Shown one piece after another: positions 1 to 8,224 of a stretch of DNA of 16,948 bases (the first letter of the stretch is position 1; every line of letters begins with the position of its first letter). The DNA is from Abditibacteriaceae bacterium (lineage in GTDB: Bacteria > Armatimonadota > Abditibacteriia > Abditibacteriales > Abditibacteriaceae). Location: NCBI GenBank assembly GCA_031372065.1, contig JANMKN010000090.1, positions 1-16,948 on the forward strand. Reading direction: 5' to 3'. Under the pieces are notes generated by a model. That model worked only from the letters and a program-made list of their open reading frames with translations. It searched no databases and was not told where the DNA came from. Position numbers and translations under genes: made by a program.

Positions 1-1
1 C

Positions 2-901
<900 letters not shown>

Positions 902-910
902 AACCGTGGC

Positions 911-939
911 TTAGGCGGGTTAAAATAGCTGTGTAGAAT
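911..939 (+). promoter_or_regulatory. Putative sigma70 promoter for recN (very short leader)
   Basis: TTAGGC(911-916)-17 bp-TAGAAT(934-939), 9 nt before the ATG, with no obvious Shine-Dalgarno. Confidence 0.4.
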
Positions 940-948
940 GACTGCGTT

Positions 949-2703
949 ATGCTGCTCGAAATTTCCATTTCCAATCTGGCGTTGATTCAGGACGCCGATA
1001 TTCAAACCGGGCCGGGTTTCAACGTGCTAACCGGCGAAACCGGCGCCGGAAAAAGCATTCTCATTTCCGCTTTGGGCCTGCTTGTCGGCGAACGCGCCGC
1101 CGCCGAGCAAGTCGGCGCCAATGAAGGCAATGCGGCGAGCAATCGCGCCGTTGTCGAAGGCGTTTTCGACGTGCGCCACGCGCCGCAAGCCCTCGATTAT
1201 CTGCGCGAGGCCGGTTTTCCCATCGAAGAACAGCAATTGCTCATTGTGCGCGAGATTTCCGGCGGCGAAAGCAGCAGCCGCTCGCGCGTGCGCATCAATG
1301 GCCGCTTGGCGACCACCTCCACGCTGCGCGAACTGGGCGCCTTGCTGGTCGATTTGCACGGCCAGCACGAGCATCAATTGCTGCTCAATCCTGATTCGCA
1401 TCTGGGATTTTTGGATGCCTACGGCGATGAGAAACACCAAAAACTGCGCGAAACCGTCGCCCAAAAATGGGACGCGTGGCATGGCACGCAAAAGCGCTTA
1501 GACGAACTGACACGCAGCGAACAGCAACACGCGCAGCGCCTTGACATGTTGCAATTTCAGGCCGACGAAATTGACGCCACCGCGCCGCAACCGGGCGAAG
1601 ACGAGACGCTTTTCGACGAGCGCACGCGCCTGATGAACGCCGAAAAACTGCGCGAAGCCGCGACTTTGTGCAGCGAATCGCTGTCCGGCGGCGAAAGCCT
1701 TGCCGCCAGCGATGGCGCTTTGGCTTTGGTGCGACAAGCGCTCAAAGCCGCGCGTGAATTGGAAGAATACGACAAAGGTGTGAGCGTGTGGGCGCAAGAA
1801 ATTGAAAGCGCGCTTTACGAACTGGATGACGCCGCCTCCGAAGCGCGCCGTTATGCCGAAACCTTGGAAGCCGACCCGCTGCGCCTCGAAGAAATTGAAG
1901 CGCGTTTGCATCGTTTGAACCGCCTGAAACGCAAATACGGCGACACGTTGAACGGCGTTTTGGCGCATCGCGCGCAAATCGCCGACGAATTGAATAACCT
2001 TTCGATTTCCGAAGAAGAACTGGGCGATTTGCGCTCGCGCGCCGCCACCGAACGCGCCGCGTTTTTGGCAGCGGGCGAGAAACTCTCGCAATCGCGCCGC
2101 AAATGTTCGCAAAATTTCGGCACCCAAGTCGTCGGCGAACTGCGTGAACTGGCGATGGATCGCGCCCGCTTTGAGGCGCAATTTGAAGCGCATTTAGAGC
2201 GCGACGAAACCGGCTCGCGCGAGGGCATAGACCGCGTAGAATTTATCTTTTCGGCCAATCCCGGCCAGCAGTTGCGGCCTTTGGCGCGCATTGCTTCGGG
2301 CGGCGAAATTTCGCGCGTCATGCTGGCGATTCGCTCGGTTTTGGCGAGTGCGCGCAGCAAAGACAACAAAGGCGACGTGACCGTTGGCAATCGCGTGGCG
2401 ACTTTGGTTTTCGATGAAATTGATACCGGCATTGGCGGCGTCACTGCCGAAGCCGTCGGCGTCAAAATGCAGCAATTGGCGCAGCATTTTCAAGTCTTCT
2501 GCGTGACGCATCTGCCGCAAATCGCGCGGCGCGCTGATCGTCATTACAGCGTGCGCAAGCAAAGCAACGATGAACAAACCAGCGTCAGCGTGACGCTTCT
2601 CAAAGGCGAAGACCGCGTCCACGAAATCGCCCGCATGATGGGCCACGTCAACGAAGCCAACCTACGCCACGCACGGCAAATGCTCAAAGATGCGGGCAGT
2701 TAA
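949..2703 (+). CDS. recN: DNA repair protein RecN (SMC-like ATPase)
   Basis: 584 aa. Walker A TGETGAGKS, DLHGQHEHQ, central coiled coil, signature ASGGE, Walker B LVFDEIDTG, C-terminal THLPQIA. Confidence 0.97.
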   Translation: MLLEISISNLALIQDADIQTGPGFNVLTGETGAGKSILISALGLLVGERAAAEQVGANEGNAASNRAVVEGVFDVRHAPQALDYLREAGFPIEEQQLLIVREISGGESSSRSRVRINGRLATTSTLRELGALLVDLHGQHEHQLLLNPDSHLGFLDAYGDEKHQKLRETVAQKWDAWHGTQKRLDELTRSEQQHAQRLDMLQFQADEIDATAPQPGEDETLFDERTRLMNAEKLREAATLCSESLSGGESLAASDGALALVRQALKAARELEEYDKGVSVWAQEIESALYELDDAASEARRYAETLEADPLRLEEIEARLHRLNRLKRKYGDTLNGVLAHRAQIADELNNLSISEEELGDLRSRAATERAAFLAAGEKLSQSRRKCSQNFGTQVVGELRELAMDRARFEAQFEAHLERDETGSREGIDRVEFIFSANPGQQLRPLARIASGGEISRVMLAIRSVLASARSKDNKGDVTVGNRVATLVFDEIDTGIGGVTAEAVGVKMQQLAQHFQVFCVTHLPQIARRADRHYSVRKQSNDEQTSVSVTLLKGEDRVHEIARMMGHVNEANLRHARQMLKDAGS

Positions 2704-2780
2704 AGCGCGCTTCTCTCCTGTGAAAGGCGCTGCCTCTGTGTGGTATCAAACTCGAAATCAATTGCGAAGAAGAAACCCAT

Positions 2781-2864
2781 TGCCAACATAGTGTCTCACC
2801 CGCCACCGGAAGCCGGAACGAAGGAGAGCAGGCTGTTTTTGTCGGGTGTAGCGCCTTGTTGTGT
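2781..2864 (-). mobile_element. Integron attC recombination site (84 bp, somewhat degenerate)
   Basis: Minus strand reads R'' ACACAAC, AAGGC, L'' GCTACACCCG ... L' CGGGTGAG, ACACTAT, R' GTTGGCA. L''/L' pair with one extrahelical base. The site starts 10 bp after the stop of the 80-aa ORF. Confidence 0.8.
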
Positions 2865-2874
2865 TGCCTGTTAT

Positions 2875-3117
2875 TCACTCCCGCAACCTGTTGATAAAGG
2901 CGATGACTTTGGCTCGTTCTTTTATTCCTTGTGCCTTGCTGACACCCAGAAACCATCCAACGTGTGGCTCATGCATAATCATATCAACCAGTTCCCCAAC
3001 AAGCTCATCTTCGGTATCATCGTCTGAAATGGACGAGCGAAACTGCTCCAAAGTGATAGAGCCAGCGCAAAACGCATCAGCTAAATCTGCAACTCGTTTT
3101 CTTACCTCTGCCATCAT
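2875..3117 (-). CDS. Small acidic hypothetical protein carried as an integron gene cassette
   Basis: 80-aa ORF filling the space between a GTTGTGT core site (3161-3155) and the attC. More AT-rich than the flanking genes. Confidence 0.65.
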   Translation of the reverse strand: MMAEVRKRVADLADAFCAGSITLEQFRSSISDDDTEDELVGELVDMIMHEPHVGWFLGVSKAQGIKERAKVIAFINRLRE

Positions 3118-3148
3118 TAAACATTATGACACGCCGAAGCGCCGCGCG

Positions 3149-3177
3149 CAGGCAACACAACAATGTTATTATCCGAC
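3149..3177 (-). mobile_element. Cassette 5' junction: core site G|TTGTGT preceded by an attI-like or truncated attC half-site
   Basis: Minus strand GTCGGATAATAACATT-GTTGTGTTGCCTG. The last 13 nt are the exact reverse complement of CAGGCAACACAAC at the cassette 3' end (2870-2858), as expected for a cassette whose circular form regenerates a complete attC. Confidence 0.6.
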
Positions 3178-3313
3178 TCAGGGTTAGATAGCAGCGCGCC
3201 TTGTGCTTGAAAGTGCTTAAATCGGCAGTCTCAGATGGCAAATGAACGCCTTGTTTGGAAGAGGGCGACAGACCTGTTTGGTAACTTTCAACGAGCGAAA
3301 AGGCGCAAAACAG

Positions 3314-3645
3314 GCCGTTTTTGCCCCTAAGCAGCAGGAAAAACCCCAAAAACAGCCGTTTTTTGCCGTTCCCCTCTGGTTCAAAGGCAAAAAACACTTG
3401 TGGGATGAGTTTTTCCTCGAAGAGAAGTCTGTCGCACAGTTGTGGGATTGCTTTTCCTTCGAGGGGAAGCTCGGAAAACTTTTGTGGGATGCGTTTCCCC
3501 TACAGGGGAGAAGCCGAAAATAAGTGTGGGATTGGTTTCCCCTCGAAGGGAAACCAATCCCACAAATGTTTTACACGCTTCCCTTCCTCTCCCAAAGCGG
3601 CCCACAACTGGGGACGCGGTTTGGACGCGAGGGGGAAAGGAGGTT
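3314..3645. repeat. Degenerate 42-bp-period tandem array of palindromic units
   Basis: TGTGGGAT at 3399, 3441, 3483, 3525 (exact 42-bp steps), with weaker units at 3567, 3609 and about 3357/3316. Unit 3525-3564 is a perfect 17-bp stem: TGTGGGATTGGTTTCCC-ctcgaa-GGGAAACCAATCCCACA. Confidence 0.85.
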
Positions 3646-4458
3646 TTAACCGGCCAGCGCCCGCATTTTGGTGACGCATTCGGTTAAAGCGGGCACGGGG
3701 TTTTCGACATCGGCTTCGTATTCGATAACGGCCATGCCGCTGAAATTGTGGGCTTCGAGCGCCGTAACAAAAGCGGGCAAATCGAGGTTGCCGGTGCCGA
3801 CAACCACATCGTGCCATTGCGCGTTGCGGTCAAACGTGAAGTCTTTATAATGCACGCCATGCACGCGCTCACCGAACTTTTCGACCCATTTCACCGGGTT
3901 GCCCTGACCGGGGCCGATTTGCATGCACCACGCCGTATCAATGCAGACGCCGATATTCGGGCCGCCGATTTCCATGACGTGCGAGAGCACATCTAACGAG
4001 CCGCCAAACATATAACCGCCGTGGCAGTGAATGCCGATTTTAATGCCGAATTCGTCGCATAATTCCGCCGTTTTGGGCACCGCCGTAGTGAAACTGTCCA
4101 CGCGAAAATGCGCCGAAATATGTTTGGCTCCAGCTTCGGCGGCGCATTCGAACCAACTGCGTTCGTTGTCGGCGCCGATGAAGGTTTGCACGCCGATGGA
4201 AACGATTTCCACACCGGCGTCTTTGTAAATCTGCACGATCTTTTTCCAATCGGCGAGGTCGTTAAAATCGGCGTGAACGGCGCACACTTCGATTTTCTCC
4301 ACGCCGATTTTCTTCACTAACTGCGCAACTTCGGTGTTCTGCTTGAAATGGCGAAAACAGTAGCTCTGCACGCCGAAATCTCTGGCGGCTGATTGATTTT
4401 CGTTACTCACGAGTTCTTGTCCTTTGGTTTGGGTTGACGACACAAGGTCGCTTTTCAC
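3646..4458 (-). CDS. Sugar phosphate isomerase/epimerase (xylose isomerase-like TIM barrel, IolE/AP-endonuclease-2 superfamily)
   Basis: FGVQSYCFR N-terminus and HCHGG, CIDTAW, HYKD, IEYE metal-site motifs. The true start may be the GTG at 4410. Confidence 0.85.
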   Translation of the reverse strand: MKSDLVSSTQTKGQELVSNENQSAARDFGVQSYCFRHFKQNTEVAQLVKKIGVEKIEVCAVHADFNDLADWKKIVQIYKDAGVEIVSIGVQTFIGADNERSWFECAAEAGAKHISAHFRVDSFTTAVPKTAELCDEFGIKIGIHCHGGYMFGGSLDVLSHVMEIGGPNIGVCIDTAWCMQIGPGQGNPVKWVEKFGERVHGVHYKDFTFDRNAQWHDVVVGTGNLDLPAFVTALEAHNFSGMAVIEYEADVENPVPALTECVTKMRALAG

Positions 4459-4507
4459 AACTTAGCCAACGCCGCCGCGCCGCGCAAGGGAAAATCGTAT
4501 GAGATTC

Positions 4508-4735
4508 TTATTGAGGCTCTTGCAGCGCCGGATTATCCGAGCTTAAATCGGGCATTCGGGCGCGCTTGGAAAAGTAATAGCTGCCTAAAATGAGCGTCGC
4601 AAGGAGCGCAAAGGCCAGCGCCAGACGCATCACATCGCGCTCAATCGAAGGCGCCGTTTGCGAGCGTCGTTTTTCCGTTGCCACACGCTCATCGGTGCCG
4701 ATTCCGTCGGGTTTCATAAAGGCTATTTTACTCAC
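4508..4735 (-). CDS. Small single-pass membrane hypothetical protein
   Basis: 75 aa with one hydrophobic stretch (LALAFALLATLILGSYYF). Start overlaps the upstream stop (GTGA). Confidence 0.55.
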   Translation of the reverse strand: MSKIAFMKPDGIGTDERVATEKRRSQTAPSIERDVMRLALAFALLATLILGSYYFSKRARMPDLSSDNPALQEPQ

Positions 4736-5202
4736 ATAACCTCATCCAGCAAACGGCGACTGCGGGCATCTAACGCCGCGATGGACGGGATTTCAAAGCG
4801 GCTACCATCCACATCATTGAGTAACAGATGATCCTCGGAAATCCAGAAGGCGCTTTCCTGCAAGTTTTGCGTGATAAATTCGCGCTCGCCCCGGTTAGTT
4901 TGCACCTGCCAGTAAGTCGCGCCGTATTCCTGACGCGCGCTTTGAATTTCCTGCACCGTCGCCGTCAAATAACGCTGCCGCAATTCCTGCTGCGCCGCTT
5001 CCCACGATTTGGGTTTCAACACTTGCGGGTCAGGCAGCAGCGTTATCTCTTGGTCTTTGCCGTCCAAAAGCGCCAAATATTGATTGGGCCGCGAAAGCGG
5101 CGCTGCCCAAACAGGTTTGACCGACAAATACGAACACTCGTTGGGAACCGTCAACCGTAGCCGTGAGCGGTAGTAAAAAATGTCAATTTCTTCGTGTTTC
5201 AT
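4732..5202 (-). CDS. DUF1854-family protein
   Basis: PVWAAPLSRP..YLALLD, ELRQRY, YWQVQTNRG, LLNDVDGSRFEI..LDARSRRLL pattern, directly downstream of an ABC exporter as is usual for this family. ATG at 5202 preferred; an in-frame TTG at 5262 is an alternative. Confidence 0.8.
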   Translation of the reverse strand: MKHEEIDIFYYRSRLRLTVPNECSYLSVKPVWAAPLSRPNQYLALLDGKDQEITLLPDPQVLKPKSWEAAQQELRQRYLTATVQEIQSARQEYGATYWQVQTNRGEREFITQNLQESAFWISEDHLLLNDVDGSRFEIPSIAALDARSRRLLDEVM

Positions 5203-5206
5203 GAAG

Positions 5207-5250
5207 CCCTCACCCCAACCCCTCTCCCAATTCGCTTCGCGGGAGAGGGG
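5207..5250 (+). repeat. REP-like palindromic element (CCCTCACCCC..CCCCTCTCCC/GGGAGAGGGG), copy 1
   Basis: Perfect 10-bp stem 5219-5228/5241-5250 preceded by CCCTCACCCC. A related copy lies at 16866-16898. Confidence 0.8.
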
Positions 5251-5258
5251 CACAAGAA

Positions 5259-7475
5259 TCAAACCGCGTGTGTGCCGACAATCTGGTTGATTTCGCTTTG
5301 TGTTTTTACCAGTTTGTAAAACACGCCTTGCTTTTCCATTAGTTCTTCGTGCGTGCCGGTTTCGACAATTTCACCTTTTTCCAGCACGATGAGACGCGTT
5401 GCATTGCGCAAAGTCGCCAAGCGATGCGCGATGGCAAAAACTGTCCGGCCTTGAATCAGGCGGCCAATTGCTTCTTGCATTTGCTTTTCGGTTTCCACGT
5501 CCACCGAACTGGTGGCTTCATCCAAAATCAAGATTTTCGGGTCATGCAAAATCGCCCGCGCAATGGAAACGCGCTGACGTTCGCCGCCCGATAATTTGGC
5601 GCCGCGTTCGCCGACAATGGTATCGTAGCCATCGTGTTTCGCCAGAATGAAGTTGTGCGCGTTGCCGGCTTTCGCGGCTTCGACGATCTCTTCAAAACTG
5701 GCGTCGGGCCTGCCGTAAGCGATGTTTTCGGCAACCGTGCCGTTGAACAAAAACGGCTCTTGCAACACCAAACCGATTTGCCTCCGCATGGCCTGCAAAG
5801 TGATGTCACGATAATCCTCGCCGTCAATCAAAATGCGGCCCGCATCCGGCTCGTGAAAGCGGCACAGCAAACCAATTGTGGTAGATTTTCCCGCGCCGCT
5901 TTTGCCGACCAGACCGATCATTTCTCCGGGTTTGGCTGAAAAATTGAGGCCCTTCAAAACCGGATTCGATTTGTCGTAGCCAAAACGCACATTTTCAAAT
6001 GTCACTTCGCCGGTGACTTCTTTTTCTTCGCCTTTGTCATACGCTTCGGGCTGCGTGTCCATCACTTCAAAGATGCGCTCGGCGCCTGCCATCGCCCGCG
6101 AGAACCAGTTATTTACTGCCGCAAACCATTGCATTGGCCCGTAAAGCAAACCGAGATACGCGTGAACACGCCAGAAATCACCCAATGATAGTTGCCCTGA
6201 ATACACGAAATAACCGCCAACTGTCCAGTTGATAAGCCCACCCAGACTGGTGAAAAACGACATCACGCCAAAGACGGTCTGCCATAGCGTGTCCACGCGC
6301 ACGCCAGCATCGCGTAGCTCGAAGTTGCGCGTTGAAAACTTATCGTTTTCGTAGTTTTCCTGCGCAAAGGCTTTGACGACTTTGATGCCGGTCAGCGCCT
6401 CGTTCAAGTTGATGTGAAAGCGCGCCCACTTTTGCCCAAAACGGTGTGACAGTTGCGAAATGCGTTTCCACGAAAAGCCGCTGACCATTGCCACGATAGG
6501 AATCGGTGACAAAATGCAGAGCGCCAATTTCCAGTTGGTGAAGAAGATGAACGTGGCAATGCCAACCAACAAAAGCGCGTTCGTCACCATGAACGGCACG
6601 CCTTCGACGAGAAAACCCCACACGCGGTCAGTGTCTTGCGTGACACGGCTGGTGATGGCGCCCACTTGTTTCTTTTCAAAGTAGCCCATTTGCAGCCACT
6701 GAATGGCGCGAAAAACACTGGCGCGAATGTCCGCCGCGATATGCGCCGCCAAATAAGCTGTCAGGCGCCCCGATAGAACTTGCAAAACGATATTACAAAC
6801 CAATGTGCCCAGCCACGCGGCCATGAGCAGCCACAGTAACGACAGGTTTTGATGCGGCGACAGAACTTTGTCAATCAGCGTGCCCTGAATGTAGGGCGGC
6901 GCCAAGTTCACCGTGGTGGAAAGCACCGACAAACTGGCGAGCAGAATCGCTTGCTTTTTGTAGGGCTTGAGAAACTGCCCGACGCGTAGCAAGGTTTTGC
7001 CGCGCTGAATGCAAGCCGGGCAAATGCCATCTTTTTCCGGCAACAAGCGCCCGCACTTCTCGCAGCGCGTTCGTTCGGCTTTGAGATTGATGGAAAGTTC
7101 TTCGCCTTTGGCGAGTTGCTCGATGCCGCGCGCCGCTTCGGAGAATTTATCGGCAACGTGCAGTGAATAAGTGATGACGGGCAAAACTTCGCCATCTTTG
7201 GTGGTGATTTCCAAGCGTCCGCCACCAATCAGCGGCTCATTGCGCGCTGCTTTGATGTCGGCGAAGGGAATTTGAAAAGTGACCACATCGCCATTGAGAA
7301 CGCGCACTTGAATGGCGCTCACTTCCATGACGGGCTGGCCGAATTGACCGCTTTCATCAATATCGGCTTCGAGTCGAATTAATAATTCGGGCGCGCTTTC
7401 CGGTTCGGGCGCCGAGTTTTCTTGTGGCCGCGATGCCTTCTGCAAAGGCTTTTGCGGCGTTTTAAGTCCGAGCAT
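5259..7475 (-). CDS. ABC exporter, fused permease + ATP-binding, with N-terminal extension and Cys4 motif
   Basis: 738 aa. Multi-helix transmembrane domain, Walker A GKSGAGKS, LSGGERQR, Walker B ILILDEATS, AHRL. About 160-aa N-terminal extension ending in CEKC..CPAC. Confidence 0.95.
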   Translation of the reverse strand: MLGLKTPQKPLQKASRPQENSAPEPESAPELLIRLEADIDESGQFGQPVMEVSAIQVRVLNGDVVTFQIPFADIKAARNEPLIGGGRLEITTKDGEVLPVITYSLHVADKFSEAARGIEQLAKGEELSINLKAERTRCEKCGRLLPEKDGICPACIQRGKTLLRVGQFLKPYKKQAILLASLSVLSTTVNLAPPYIQGTLIDKVLSPHQNLSLLWLLMAAWLGTLVCNIVLQVLSGRLTAYLAAHIAADIRASVFRAIQWLQMGYFEKKQVGAITSRVTQDTDRVWGFLVEGVPFMVTNALLLVGIATFIFFTNWKLALCILSPIPIVAMVSGFSWKRISQLSHRFGQKWARFHINLNEALTGIKVVKAFAQENYENDKFSTRNFELRDAGVRVDTLWQTVFGVMSFFTSLGGLINWTVGGYFVYSGQLSLGDFWRVHAYLGLLYGPMQWFAAVNNWFSRAMAGAERIFEVMDTQPEAYDKGEEKEVTGEVTFENVRFGYDKSNPVLKGLNFSAKPGEMIGLVGKSGAGKSTTIGLLCRFHEPDAGRILIDGEDYRDITLQAMRRQIGLVLQEPFLFNGTVAENIAYGRPDASFEEIVEAAKAGNAHNFILAKHDGYDTIVGERGAKLSGGERQRVSIARAILHDPKILILDEATSSVDVETEKQMQEAIGRLIQGRTVFAIAHRLATLRNATRLIVLEKGEIVETGTHEELMEKQGVFYKLVKTQSEINQIVGTHAV

Positions 7476-7542
7476 AAGTCTCCAAATTTACCATCGAAAA
7501 AAGGAAGTTACATCAGCAAGTCGGTAGAGGAAAACCGGCGGC

Positions 7543-7588
7543 AAAAACAAAAACGCCACAGGCTTTGCTCATGCAAGTGCCCGTGGCG
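7543..7588 (-). terminator. Intrinsic terminator after the 37-aa ORF, upstream of the ABC gene
   Basis: Minus strand CGCCACGGGC-ac-TTGC-atga-GCAA-a-GCCTGTGGCG followed by TTTTTGTTTTT. Confidence 0.8.
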
Positions 7589-7609
7589 GGAAAGAAAACG
7601 AAGGCTTAC

Positions 7610-7723
7610 TTAACTTTGGAAGCGGCCTTTCCCTGACGAGCGCACAGCAATAACTACCGGAAGCGCATTGAAATATTCAACGCGCCCAGCAGAGATGCGA
7701 TTAATTTTTGCGTGCAACATCAT
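7610..7723 (-). CDS. Unannotated 37-aa small protein MMLHAKINRISAGRVEYFNALPVVIAVRSSGKGRFQS
   Basis: Below the ORF-track cutoff. Strong SD GAGGAGG 8 nt before the ATG, a promoter upstream and a terminator downstream. Confidence 0.7.
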   Translation of the reverse strand: MMLHAKINRISAGRVEYFNALPVVIAVRSSGKGRFQS

Positions 7724-7767
7724 ACGAAATGCCTCCTCGTTATATGGTTGTTTAACGAGACAGAAAT

Positions 7768-7797
7768 ACTCTACCCAACTGCCTCAAGCGGTGTCAA
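7768..7797 (-). promoter_or_regulatory. sigma70-type promoter of the 37-aa ORF
   Basis: Consensus TTGACA (7797-7792)-18 bp-TAGAGT (7773-7768), with an A-rich UP-like tract upstream. Confidence 0.65.
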
Positions 7798-7819
7798 CCC
7801 TGTTTTTGTTAATTTTCGG

Positions 7820-8224
7820 TTAGGGCGACTGTTCCAAGGGCAAGCGCACTAAGCGCGCCATTAAATCGTCCAGCGCTTTTTCTAAATCGGAACAAACGCC
7901 CGAATGCACCGGCGAAAGTTGAATTACCGTGCTGCGCGGCGCCACCAGCCAATGAAAGCGGGCGCGTTGCGGCAATTCTCCAATCGGGCCAGCCTTTTTG
8001 CCGCCTTCGCACAGGCGCGGGATGGTTTCCAAATGGCTTTGCACGATTTCTAAATCCAGATGCGGCGCAAAGGCGCGCAGGCGCGCTTCGTTGACCTCGA
8101 TGCGTGCTTGCAGAAACGCTTGTGTGGCGCCGTAAAGCACCACGCCGACGTTGAGAAACTCTTCGCGTTCGACGCGCGGCACCACGCGCACCACAGCGTA
8201 ATCAAACGAGAAGTTTTCGGGCAT
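7820..8224 (-). CDS. DUF3037 domain protein
   Basis: FDYAVVRVVPRVEREEFLNVGV and RFHWLVAPRSTVIQ.SPVHSG motifs. Overlaps the 3' end of the upstream HipA-like kinase by 23 bp. Confidence 0.9.
   Translation of the reverse strand: MPENFSFDYAVVRVVPRVEREEFLNVGVVLYGATQAFLQARIEVNEARLRAFAPHLDLEIVQSHLETIPRLCEGGKKAGPIGELPQRARFHWLVAPRSTVIQLSPVHSGVCSDLEKALDDLMARLVRLPLEQSP

Noticed and set aside
2700..2780. 26-aa minus-strand ORF (MGFFFAIDFEFD...) after the attC as a second cassette
   Set aside because: No following attC, and it runs into the recN stop; at most a cassette remnant.
3155..3189. Plus-strand mini-attC (ACACAAC...GTTAGAT)
   Set aside because: Only about 35 bp with no L''/L' pairing; better explained as the minus-strand cassette junction.
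3399..3566. CRISPR array interpretation of the 42-bp repeats
   Set aside because: Repeats are degenerate, the variable parts are only about 13 bp and partly complementary to the repeat, and no cas genes are present.
3077..3817. Several overlapping ORFs across the 42-bp array
   Set aside because: They are open in many frames because the period is a multiple of 3; no RBS or recognisable domain.
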